Shown here piece by piece: positions 27,901 to 40,200 of a stretch of 64,000 bases of DNA (positions are counted from its first letter, which is position 1; the number at the start of each line of letters is the position of its first letter). Made by a program: the position numbers and the translations under genes. The stretch lies in NCBI GenBank assembly GCA_043228905.1, contig JBHGNT010000009.1, positions 8,990,001 through 9,054,000 on the forward strand. The letters are read 5' to 3'. This DNA comes from Azolla caroliniana (lineage: Eukaryota; Plantae; Polypodiophyta). The notes beneath the pieces were generated by a model, which saw only the letters and a list, made by a program, of their open reading frames with translations, did not search any database and was not told where the DNA came from.

Positions 27901-30900
27901 TTCAACCAAAGAATTCTCCAAAAATCAACTTTCAGGGACAAGGAATGGGAGGGGGAAGGGAAGTTCAAAAATGGTTGCCCATTGTGATTTGTAACTATGC
28001 ACGTAAGCTCATTTGAATCTTACACGATAAATAGTTATCTCTGTGCAGATGTAGATGTCATGAGAAGTTTAATGGAGGGGACACTAATGTGTGATGTACA
28101 CTTCATAATAATGAGACAGGCAAGGTACTTGCTGGATTGTGGTGTGCAATTCTACAATGAAGCAAATGCAAGAATACTGTGCACATGTCATGTGATGTCA
28201 ATTGAAACTTGATAATAAAGAGACATAAACTAGGTACTTGCTGGATTGAATTTGACAAGGATGATGGGTGTGCAATACTACGATGAGGCAAATGCAAGAA
28301 TACTTTGTGTACATGTCGTGAGAAGTTTATTGCAAGGCACGGTAATGTGTGATGTCAATTAAAACTTGATAATAAAGAGACATAAGCTAGGTACTTGCTG
28401 GATTGAATTTGTCGACGATGGTTGGTGTGCGATACTACAATGAGGAAAGTGCAAGAATACTTTGGGTTAATGATGGTTTGGACAAAAGTGACATCAAGGC
28501 AAGCTTGTATTCAGCTAGAACTTTTCTTCACAAAGACAATCAACAAGATTTCAGATCATCCTACCTCTCCTCTCACCGTTAATCCTGTCCCTTCAGGATT
28601 CAGCTTACCCTTGGCTCCTTTTCCTCAAAATATTTCTTTCTTTCTTTAGCTCTTTCTATTAGGGTGGTTCTGATTTGATGCTCTTTTTCTATGTCACCAT
28701 AACATTTCTCATTATGAAGAGACTATAAGAGTATAGTACTGAGATATTATTTGGCTGATATGCAACAAATTATATGCAATGTGTTTAATATGATGCATGA
28801 AAATCTTTAAGAAGTTTAGACGTCCAAATTCATCATTGATAACCATTTTCTGCCAATTGAGTGATGCTTATTCTCTTTTAAAGTAAATGTTGAATGAATG
28901 CTGTATCCTTTAAGAAAAAACTTTTCCTAAAATGCATTATGTTCCTAACGTGTTCACAAAATGGTACAATCAGTAAATCAAGCAAAGGAAAATATCCTTA
29001 GAACAGTACCTTTTGTAGTTAGCAGCTGTTTTTTATTGCTGCTGTCAGTGATAATATTCTTCACTGCTATCATGACTTTACTAAGCTCAACAGTATGGAT
29101 TTCTAAAGCCTGAACAATGTTGTTAAAATGATGATTTTCTGTCAAGGAGAAAATCTCTGTAAGACATGGCCATCAGTGATTAAGATACATGAAAACAAAA
29201 TCATGAAATTGACCTTGACTGTGGACCTTCATTATTTCTTTGTTTGCTCTAGCCACTTCTACTGCCGCAGATGATGCCAATTTCACAGCATTGATACTCT
29301 GCATCGCACTAGCTTCTATAGGCATCTTACCCACAGAATCATCTTTTAAAACTACCCCTCGTATCCATTTCTTTATCCTCCGTAAAAATAATCTCTGTGC
29401 AACCACATTAAACATTTTAACAATTGGATGCAATTTTGAAATATTTTGGATATTCTCTTAAGACCCTATCACATTTTATAGACCTTGAATAGAAGCCCTG
29501 TTCCTGTACATGCCACCAAAAAGATGCTCACTGTCCAAGCCAGTTGTGACCATAAAAAGCGTGAAGGATTGCGAGCAACAATCAAAGATGTTGAAGGAAC
29601 ATGTTGCACACTTGGCTTCCCTATCATTGACACCAAAAGAACATAAACGTAAAACATTAAGCGCCATAGTATGACACAAAATTCTCATTTGTTTTCTGAT
29701 TTTAAAACAAAACACATAACAAAGATGAGCTAAAGAAAATGAAAATGCAGTTATCCATATGGTAAAGACATACATAGATATCACTACTACCTTCGGTTGT
29801 TGAGGAAGCAGCAGGAAAAAGATCCTGCAAAATAAGTACAATTTAACAATTGGAAAGAAAGATCACATAGATCTGGACTAACTATGGTAAAACTATGTGC
29901 AACCCAAGATGCATTATGTATCATCTTAACTTATCAAAAAAATTATTTGCATTCCTTTAACCGGTTATAGGAATACAGATCTTTATTACTGCATAATCAT
30001 GAATTTCCTAACAATAATGTAAAACAAAGAGATCATTACCAAATCTATCTAAGTACAATTTTAAAGGTAAATCATAGTGGATTGCCTGATTTTCATAGCT
30101 CCACCATGATACAACCAGAGAGATCATACTGACTTTGTACAAGCATGCCCATATCAAGGAATCACAAGATGGATGCAATTTATCTTCGCGGCATCCATTT
30201 ACCCAAAGAAAATACTTTTAGATAGTATTAATATTTTGGTATGGAGCCACAATCATGATCCAAAAACTCAATTAGCTTAGGTTATTCAATGAAACTAGCA
30301 TCAGAATTTTGTTTGATGGAACTAAACTTTGACTTTTCTTCTCTCAAAAAGTATTTCCTCTCATTATATCACAATTAATGCAAGGATTCCATGGTATATG
30401 CCACAGAAGATGTGTAGAGAATATGAATAGTTAAGCTGATAATAATATAAGAAGCTGCTTCAAAGTCCAATGATATTGAATTGGGAAAAGTACCAGGATA
30501 CCCCTGGAAGTTCCAAATTTACCAAACTACCCCTATGTCCAAAAAATTACACTTTATAAAGTAATTATACACTCAAATCTTTGGTAAATAGGGCTAGTTC
30601 GGGTCCATTTCTTCCATCTTTGGTAAATAGGGCTTGTAGATTTGAGTGCATAATTACTTTATAAAGTGTAATTTTTTGGACATGGCGGTAGTTTGGTAAA
30701 TTTGGAACTTCCAGGGGCATTCTAGTAAATAGATGAACTTCCAGGGGTATCCTAGTACTTTTTCCTATTAAATGCTATCTAATGTCATAAATCATTTCAT
30801 CTCTTTTGTATCATAGCTTGCCCAAAGAGCTCATGATATATGCCAAAGAACATGTGTAGAATATATGAATAGCTAAATTGATAGTAAAAGGTTGCTCCAA

Positions 30901-31115
30901 AGCCTTATCAAAATTTCAAAGAAATTTTGTTAAGATAATTTCAGTCAAGAGTTACTGCTTACCATAATCCGTCGAAACGACTCTTCCACTTCCTCATTAG
31001 ATAAACCCTTTCCACGTAAAAATAAACGGCGTTGTTCTATGGAAGTTCCCTTAACGTTAGGATTGGATAGAAACTTTATGGCATTCTGTATAACATCTTC
31101 CCTCAATGTTTCCAT
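21919..31115 (-). CDS. PEX14: Peroxisomal membrane protein PEX14. Supported exons: 30963-31115, 29791-29824, 29484-29620, 29214-29394, 29010-29138, 26826-26892, 26196-26240, 26046-26114, 22384-22756, 21919-22289. Exons between 26900 and 29000 unresolved.
   Basis: Pex14 N-domain REDVIQNAIKFLSNPNVKGTSIEQRRLFLRGKGLSNEEVEESFRR; hydrophobic segment RFLWSQLAW...GTGLLFK; Ala-rich helix and coiled coil; plant C-terminal block APHSASYLE-VLAILERGEKPPGI-EINDKPPNP...RPKPWE; GT-AG junctions. Confidence 0.92.
23800..25800 (-). mobile_element. LINE 5' remnant (ORF1-like region plus endonuclease start) in a PEX14 intron
   Basis: KIMFWNCKG...DIDVIF is an APE N-terminal motif (24154-24300); broken ORFs lie upstream. 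Boundaries approximate. Confidence 0.6.
24322..24700. mobile_element. hAT-type MITE
   Basis: TIRs CATTGTTGT / AACAACTATG, perfect 8-bp TSD GTCATCAC, AT-rich interior with AATACGT repeats. Confidence 0.85.
28060..28465. repeat. Diverged tandem repeat (~3 copies) in a PEX14 intron
   Basis: GGTACTTGCTGGATTG and GCAAGAATACT each recur three times. Confidence 0.8.
30483..30765. mobile_element. Mutator-like foldback MITE
   Basis: ~100-bp inverted arms GGGAAAAGTACCAGGATACCCCTGGAAGTTCC...; imperfect 9-bp TSD TATTGAATT / TATTAAATG. Confidence 0.85.
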
Positions 31116-32654
31116 CTTTCCAAGCCCCCTACTGCAATAATTCCATATTCAGCTATCAGAAAAATGAAAATCAGATAACATAATCCATTATGCATTCTCC
31201 AGGAATGCAATGTGACATTTTCTATGATCATCAGATTACCTTCTCATAGTCTTTCTACCTTTTTTAAGAGCTCTTTTAGTGTTCATTCTCGGGGAAGAAT
31301 AGTCAAAGATGACTCAGGTTCCTAGTGGACCTCTTTGTCATTCATTTCTATTCACATGCATATTATATTTTCTTCATGTTATTGCCTAAAAGTACTCAAC
31401 GATGGAACGTAGAAGCCATTTATAGAAATATTTTTAATAATTAAAGACTAACTAAAGGATTTTCTTGGTGTAATGTTTTCATAAAGCATTCTACCATGCT
31501 CCTTATCATTGTGATAAGTTATATCACATAAGCAGACTATAATATATCAAAGAATATGAACAAGAATTACAATAACACAAAATTACAACATGGATAACCA
31601 TATAGTTACTTAGGGTTAGAGGTATTTAGACATCCGTCGATGCCAATGTTCAGGACAAGTGTGCTGTCATTCTCCAAAATGAAGCTTAATTTTTTAAAAC
31701 TTTCTGACTGGAAATCATTCTAACAGAAACAAAAAAATCCAACTCAATCACATCCATTTTCTAACTAGCTTCCTACAAATTCTTATGGATTTTTTGTCAT
31801 GATTTCATGTAAATGGAAAACTTAACACATTAAGTAAAGAAAAAAAGTTTCCAAACAATGAAATTTCAATGCCCATTTTAAATGCCTTGTACATACAGCC
31901 TTTAGTTTGTGGCCAGTTTTGTGTGAGTGTCTTACACCTCAATATCATAATAGAAAACAATAAAATTAATTTTGATAAAAAATAAGCTATTTCCACGACT
32001 AATTGCAAATATGCAATTTCAATTCATCCTACATGGATTAATGATGGTCCTGGTTTTTTGTTTTGTTTTTTGGATTACATTGTGAGTGCCTTAGATGATT
32101 ATTAGCTAGTTCAAATACTCAATCCTTGAAAACTAGTCATTTGGCAATACTGACAACTTATTTGTTTGCTTTTTTAGTATGATGGAAAGGCCTAGTTGAA
32201 TTAGACCAGGTGTATACATCGTTCTATAGTAACAAAGAAAGTTGTGATATATATATATATATATATATATAAAACTTAATAATTTCTGATATATTTTCGT
32301 AGCTCCTTGCGATTTAACCAGTGTGTGATTACCAAAACATCATGATGTAAAAAAGAGCTATTTTGCCCATGGGTTAAATATGAGGATGTTAGGAAGTAGA
32401 GGGTTTTCTGAACACACCTGCGTGTGAGAAGAATCTGACGGTACTTCGATCAGAGCGCTGGTCTTTGCTCCCTCATCTCTTCTTGCTTCCTTCCTTCCTC
32501 CCCTGCGTCTTCTGTCTTTCTTCCTTTCTTTCTCCTTCTTTTTGACAAGTAACTTTGTGAGGAAAGGCTTCAAAAACAAAACCGAGATTGGATGCTGGAT
32601 GCCTACACACACACACACAATTGGGCGGACAAAACACACAAATATATGTATGTA

Positions 32655-32712
32655 CAAGGGCCCATCCCATCCATGTCTTTTAGTCTGGCCTTTCGAGAAG
32701 AATTGGGCCATG
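32655..32712 (-). promoter_or_regulatory. Putative PEX14 proximal promoter with site II (TGGGCY) elements
   Basis: GGGCCCA at ~32658 and TGGGCC at ~32704, upstream of a candidate first exon ending at donor 32418. Confidence 0.45.
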
Positions 32713-32739
32713 CATTTTCTTCTACCATTATCTCTACCC

Positions 32740-33193
32740 TAACAATCGGCAACACTTCGGTCCGAACCGAACCGGCTTAACGGTTTTAACGGTTCGTTTT
32801 AGGTTCAATTTTTTTTTAACAGTTCGGTTCGGTTTCAATAGTCAAAAATCGCGGTTTAACGGGGTTTTTTTTTTTTAATTTTAAAAAAAAAACATTTTGT
32901 TTTTAAACAATATTCTCATTTTTAGACCTTATTCTCACATTTTAGGAACATCTTTAAAATTTTAAAATAATAAAATATTTTAAATTTTCAAATTTTAAAA
33001 TTTGACCTAAGTTGAAAACCGAAACCAAACCATGAAACCGCGGTTTTAACGGATTAATGGTTTCACGGTTTGAAATAAAATTAATGGTTCGGTTTTAACG
33101 GTTTCGTGGTTCGTGGTTGGGTTCGGTTCAGGTTTCAAAAAAAATTAACGGATAGGTTTTGACCCTCTCAAACCGAACCGTTGCCGATTGTTA
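32740..33193. mobile_element. Young hAT-type MITE in the PEX14 promoter
   Basis: Perfect 14-bp TIR TAACAATCGGCAAC, perfect 8-bp TSD CTCTACCC, many AACCG/CGGTT subterminal motifs. Confidence 0.93.
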
Positions 33194-34608
33194 CTCTACC
33201 CCAACAGATCACACAATGTCATCGACCTCCAATATCTATGTCTCTCTCTTCACACTTCATCGATATGTTCTAATTCCATGTCTACTATAAAATTCAGAAG
33301 CATTGCACATATCCCAATTCTGCCACATTCCGCAATATCTCAAAAATCAATAAACGATAACCATTCTGATTTCAAGTCGACACATATGAATTGTGTAAAC
33401 AACCACTGTCTTGGAGTCTATTAACAACGTGAGAAAACTTGCAAAATCTAAGAAATATAACCCCAAATCGAACGAGCTATCAAACATGGTGAAACTATGA
33501 TACAATCTCTCCACATTGAACTGTGCAAATAAGCAATTTCATGTTGCTAGTCCATGCCTCTTTAGAGTTAATCCCAAAGCCAAACCCCCAATCAATACTC
33601 TCCAAATGAAGACCTTTGTTAGAAATGGAAATTTAGAATGCCAACTACGTTTCAAGATCTGCCACCACTCATAATTAGAGTTACATGTGTTGCATTCTTG
33701 TTACCTATGGTCACTCTTTGGTTTGTATAGGTAATGAACCTTGCATCAATGTTATTTTGTAGTTGTCAAATAAACCCATGATTGGGAATGCATAAATATC
33801 ATCATGCTTCAATGATCTCCAAAATTCGTTAAGATTGGGCCTTGACTACATCTCCCACCTCTTTAACTCCCCCAAACAAAACAATCAATTGCATTGAGAA
33901 TGCAATCTCTTCTTTATAGGCTAGCATAATAGTCAAGAAGACACAAGTAACCCTTTCTACAAATAATTGCAATGCCCTTTATTAGATGATGGTGCGTGCT
34001 CATACAAATAAGAAGAGCCCTTCATGCCATGAGACAACCAAGTGTGAACACATAAAGCACAAGGAATTTCAAGTGGAATAAATCCATTCAGTAATTGCCA
34101 TCATGATGCTTTAAATTTTCTCCTCCCATGCGTTACACCCTCCTTTTCAATGAAATATTGGACAACAAATATCCATGGTTATGAGTGTGAATACATGTAT
34201 TACTATAACGAAAAATTGCAAGCCATCATATGCATAGATAACTTCAATATCGTGGCTCCCTCCAAGCATTTAGGAATGTTAGATGGTTATACACAACCCA
34301 CGTGATCCTTACCTCATGTCATGATATGACAAGACTCAAACCCATGACCTTATGTTATATAGGTCGAGCTCTTGACCATTATACCCTCTATTGTAATACA
34401 TAGGATATTATTTTCATTTAAGTTTTATTATAGGAAATTAATGTATATTCCAGATTTCTATGGAACATTCTAGAAGCTTCAGGATTACTCCTGAGATCAC
34501 TATAAAAGAAGGCACTAGGCATTATGTTGAACCAAATTGGTTCAACGCCTGTCTTAAGCCTCATAGCCATCTTGTACGTACTCTTCCTATAATATATCAT
34601 CTGTTATC

Positions 34609-34648
<40 letters not shown>

Positions 34649-34823
34649 CCTCTTTTCTCTCTCTCGGGATTACGCAGTCCCGTCCTCTTAGTACTAATAA
34701 TACTTCCCTTCTTTAGTACTAATTCTCTCTCTGTTTTAGTACTATTCCTGACAGTTTGAACCAATTTCTTCCTCTCTAGTCTTTCTTTTGGTTTCCCTCA
34801 TCCTCTTATCCTTTTTCTATACA

Positions 34824-35972
34824 ATGGCTTCTGTTAGCGCCCAAGAATACCAATCCGTTTTCTCCGAGCTGCAGTGTCTAAAAGAAAATTGTGTTGCCTT
34901 GGAACAAGAAAACAAACGGTTGTTAGGGGATCTTCAACAAATCGCCCTAGAAAAACAACAAACGCAGCAACAACATGGGGAGTTGCAACAACAACATGGG
35001 GAGTTAGCGTTACGTGTGCAACAACTCGAAGCAGCGTTGCAACAACAAGGATCAGGTCCCCAAGGATTTCATAAAGAGCCCAAGATTGGACCTTCTGTGA
35101 AATTTGATGGAACGCAATCGCATTTTAGGGGATTCCTCAATCTAGTACGCTTAATCATTCAAATGCATCTATCTCGACACCCCACTAATGCATCCTGAGT
35201 CGGCCTAATAGGCACGTTGCTTAGCGGCTCAGCCTTGGCATGGTTTGCTCCACTTCTAGAAAAACAATTGCCCTTACTTAATAACTTTGAAGACTTTATT
35301 AGCGAGTTTAAAGCTTGCTTTGGAGATACAGACAACATCCGGACAGCGATCAACAAAATCCGACGATTGCGTCAAGGCGATCGTCCAACCTTTGCCTACG
35401 CGATGGATTTCCGTCTACTCGCTTCAAATATCCCTTGGGATGATCAGGCACTAATGGAGCAGTTTCGCTATGGCCTACGAAACGATGTCAAAGATCTACT
35501 TCTAACCTTCCCCGAAGAACCAAAGTCTCTTACGGAGGCAATCAGTCGAGCGGTCCAATGCGACAACCGCCTTTTCGAATGGCGTTCGGAACATCAATTA
35601 CAAATACCACACTCTAGGCCGGAGCCCACTTACGCCTCAGTCGCGGCTAAACCGTTTGCACGAGACATACCTCAAGAAAATACTCCGACACCGATGGAGA
35701 TCGACACCATGCGTCGACGTGGCCCCTTATCGGAAGAAGAAAAGCAACGACGACATGCAAATCGATTATGTCTTTATTGCGGTGGACCAAGGCATATCGC
35801 AATCAATTGTCCCCATAGGCCAAGAAGACAGGTAAATCAAATCGTAGCCTGTACTAAACCCGAGTCAATTCTTCCCTTAGGAGTGTCTGATAGTATTAAT
35901 AGTACTAATAGCCCAAGTATCTCAAATAAATTTGAAATTCTTAGGCAATTATATGAAGAGTTAAATGATTGA
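34824..35972 (+). pseudogene. gag: Chromovirus gag (coiled coil, capsid, CCHC), with one premature stop at 35196
   Basis: ORFs 34788-35198 and 35217-35972 are in the same frame; PEG10/sushi-like KFDGT, LRQG and PTPMEID motifs. Confidence 0.88.
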
Positions 35973-37253
35973 GTCTAGCCAAAATAGGAGCCGTTTGGTT
36001 GGACAGCCCTAGATCTGTACAACCCATTAGTGGTTCCATTCCCTCCAATCAAGTTAGCAATGTGTTTCTAGCCCAAGTCATGGTTAGTACTAAAAGTACT
36101 CCCCCAGCACACGTCCTAACACTTCTAGATTCCGGAGCTAATTCCTGTTTCATGGATCGAAATTTTGCCCAAGCTTCTTAGATATCCTTAAGAAAACTTC
36201 CTTGCCCCGCATCTATAGTAGTCATTGATGGTCATCCCATTGCTTCCAGGAATATTGTAGAAGAGTCAGAACCCATTCAAGTTGTCCTTGGTAGTTTTGT
36301 GTGTGTAGTATCATTTAATATAATTAGTAGTCCAGAGCATCCCATTGTCCTGGGATTACCTTGGTTTGAATTACATAATCCAGACATAGATTGGAGAACA
36401 AGAGAAGTCCGACATCGACAACCCCAAGAATCTACTCATCGAGTTTCAACCATTTCACTATGTCAATTACGCGAAGAAGGACACGAGGAGACAATGTTCC
36501 TATTTGCAATATCAGTACATCCTTCCAGCACTATTAAGAAGGAATCCTTAGTGCAACTACCGGAGAAATATCATCCTTATGCCGATGTATTTGACAAGGT
36601 AAAAGCCGGTACTCTTCCTCATCATCGTCCCTATGATTGTCCCATCGATTTACAACCAGGAGCAGAGCCACCATGGGGATCAATTTACAACTTGTCACCC
36701 ACCGAGTTAGAAGTCCTTCGAGCCTACATAGAGGAGAACTTGGCAAGCGGGTTTATTCGTCATTCGAAATCTCCGGCCGGTGCACCCATCTTCTTTGTCA
36801 AGAAGAAAGATGCTCACTTCGTCTCGTCGTTGATTACCGCGGCTTGAATAAAGTCACCATCCGAAATAGGTATGCACTTCCTCTTATATCAAGTCTTTTA
36901 GAGTGAGTTAATGATGCCAAGTTTTTTACAAAAATCAATCTACAAGGAGCTATAACCCCGTGCGGATCCGACCAGGAGATGAATGGAAGACTGCCTTTCG
37001 CACGTGGTATGGGCATTTCGAATATATTGTTATGTCGTTCGGTCTAACCAATGCACCCGCAGTCTTCCAACACATGGGAAATGATATATTCCAAGACCTC
37101 TTGGATATCTGTTTGATAATCTATCTGGATGATCTATTGATTTATTCGAAGACCTCGGAAGAGCACGATTCTCATGTACTATTAGTACTAAAACGACTCC
37201 GCGAGAATGGTCTTTATGCCAAGCTAGAAAAATGTAGCTTTGACTGCAAGCAA

Positions 37254-40200
37254 TGTTGGGTATGTGAGGAAGAGTGGGAAACACACAAGAAGCTCAAAGA
37301 AAGAAGCACTCACACAAGGAAGGCAATGGCTGGAATAGCTCTCTATTGATGAATGTTCCTAAAAAAATAGAAGCTGAAATATATATCCCTAAGTACTAAG
37401 TACCACCACATATGAGTGACTCATGTATGTGGTAACATGGGAAAAAACCTCTAGCCAGCACTAGAGTAAAAAGTGCCCATGTATAGGGAAAATGGTTCAC
37501 ATCAAAGCTACTAGAGGAACACGCAAGTGTAACAAACCCCCCTGGAGCGAATGATGTGAACATGTACAAGGAGTGACAGATCAGCCCCCACAAGGCAATA
37601 AGCCTAAAGCTTTGCGAAAAGCTTCAAACTTTTCTCGTGGAAGAGCTTTGGTGAATATGTCTGCCACGTTATCTTGTGTAGGCACATATACCAAATCAAT
37701 ATCTCCTGCATGAAAGCGCTCTCTCACATAGTGATAATGCACCTCAATGTGTTTGGTCCGTGCATGAAATACAGGATTTCGTGCAACAGCCAATGCACTC
37801 TGACTATCTGTGAGAATACGTGTAGCAACTTCAATCTCCATGCAAAGATCCATCAAAAGGCGTCTTAGCCATATACACTCCACTGTAGCTGTGAAAACTG
37901 CCCTGTACTCAGCTTCACAACTTGATGTCGCCACTGTAGGTTGCTTTTTACTCAACCAAGATATACATGAGTTTCCAAAGAAAAAGCAATTACCACTAGT
38001 GGACACGCGAGTATCATAACAACCAGCCCAATCACTATCTGTAAAAGCATGCAAGCATGGCTGAGTATCTCTGCCATAAAAGAGACCCAAGCTCAAAGTG
38101 CCTCTAAGATATCTGAACACACGTTTCACTGCTTGCCAATGCTTAGTGCCAGGGCTATGCATGAATCGACTCAATTGGGAGATTGCATACTGTATATCCG
38201 GCCTTGTATTGCATGCATATATAAGACATCCCACAGCTTGTTGATAAAGAGAAGTATCAAACGCATCACTAGAATCCTCAACAGAGAACCTAAATCCTGT
38301 CTCCACAGGTGTATAAACCGGCTTGCAATCCTCAAAGTCAAAACGCTGAAGTAGTTTTTCAACATACTTTCCTTGATGCATAAACATTCCCCCCTCAACG
38401 GATACAAACTGGATGCCAAGATAGTAGCTCAAAAGACCAAGATAAGTGACTTCAAAAGTATGCTGCAAATCAGCCATAAGAAAATCGAGTTTTGCATCAC
38501 ATGACCCAGTCAAGAGTATGTCATCAACATAAAGAACGAGCACTAGAAGATCAGCCCCATCTTTGCGTACATAAAGTGTGCTTTCAATCGGACTACATGT
38601 GAAGCCAAGAGAAATCAAGTGCTTATGGATTTTTTCATACCATGCACGCGGAGCTTGCTTGAGACCATACAAGGCCTTATGCAAGCGACAAACCATATGC
38701 TCTTTCTCTTTCGTAGCAAATCCAGGAGGTTGCTTCACATAAACCTCTTCTTGCAAATCACCATTTAAAAAGGCTGTTTTTATGTCCAATTGATGCATTT
38801 TCCAACCTCTTTGGGCAGCCAATGCAACCACGGTACGAATGGTAGTCATGCGTGAAGTAGGTGCAAAAGTTTCCTCATAATCAATGCCATATTGTTGGGC
38901 ATATCCTTTGGCAACCAATCTAGCTTTGTAGCGATCAATACTACCATCGGGCTTTCGTTTAATCTTGTAAACCCACCTAGTACCAATCACATTCTTTCCT
39001 TTTGGCAATTCACATAACTCCCAAGTACCATTTTTATGAATGGAATCCATTTCTGATTGCATAGCACTCATCCAATGTGGATCATCACATGCATCTTCAA
39101 AAGTAAGTGGCTCCTCATTACATGCTATTGCAACAATAGAATAATCCACAAAATTACCTGATGCATGGCGAGAGCTTGATCTTGTTTTACCAAGTAAAGG
39201 TGCACTCAATTTGCTATCTTGCAAAGTTTGTTTCAGCCACCTCGGCATAGTTTGTGACCTCTCGATAGCCATACGTTCATTATGTAATACATCTTCAATA
39301 TGTACATCATGCGTGGGCTGAATTTCATGCTCATTTTCAGCCACATTTGGTTGGACATTTCGTGCATTTTCAACACTTATTTGCTGGAAATTTTTATCCC
39401 TTTGAGACTCACTTGGCTGGTCTACATGTCCATGGTCAAGCGCAGCACTTTGGAACAAAGGCATGAGTGTATCAAACACATCTTGTGAGCTAACTGTTGG
39501 TTGTTTTTTGCATTCAAGAAAAGGGAAAGCTGAATTTTCAGCAAATACCACATCTCGACTCACAATAATTGTGTCCGTCAATGGATGATACAAACGATAT
39601 CCCTTACTTTCCGCACTATAACCAACAAATATGCATTTCTTTGCCTTGTCATCAAGTTTGTGACGTTGTTGTGATGGCACAAGAGCATATGCCAAACAAC
39701 CGAACACACGCATATGACTAAACATAGGTTTATGTCCATTCCAAGCCTCATATGGCGTAATGACTCTCAACGCTTTTGTAGGGCAACGATTCAACACATA
39801 ATTTGCACACATAACCGCTTCCATCCAAAACTTGTTAGGAAGATGCTTTCCTTTAACCATACATCGTGCCATCTCTAAGAGTGTTCTATTTTTGCGTTCT
39901 ACAACACCATTTTGTTGAGGTGTATATGGCACCGTACATTGATGTAAAATACCTCTTTCACAAAGAAAAGCATTAAACTCATGTGACATATATTCGCCAC
40001 CACGATCCGTGCGTAGAGTCAAGAGCTTATTTGCGGAAAAATTTTCAGCCATAGCTAAAAATGATTTGAAGCAAGAAAAGACTTCATTCTTTGCTTTCAT
40101 AGGATACACCCATGTATGACGAGTAGCATCATCAATGAAGGTAACAAAATATACATGCTTTCCAAAAGATGGAGTCTTTACAGGACCACACACATCACTA

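Noticed and set aside
28609-28722. Candidate PEX14 exon SLHNEK...KEPR (and 27512-27561)
   Set aside because: Splice phases could not be reconciled unambiguously with the flanking exons, so they were left out of the model.
35217-35972. Domesticated PEG10/RTL1-like host gene
   Set aside because: It sits between paired LTRs with a TSD and carries stops; it is ordinary retroelement gag.
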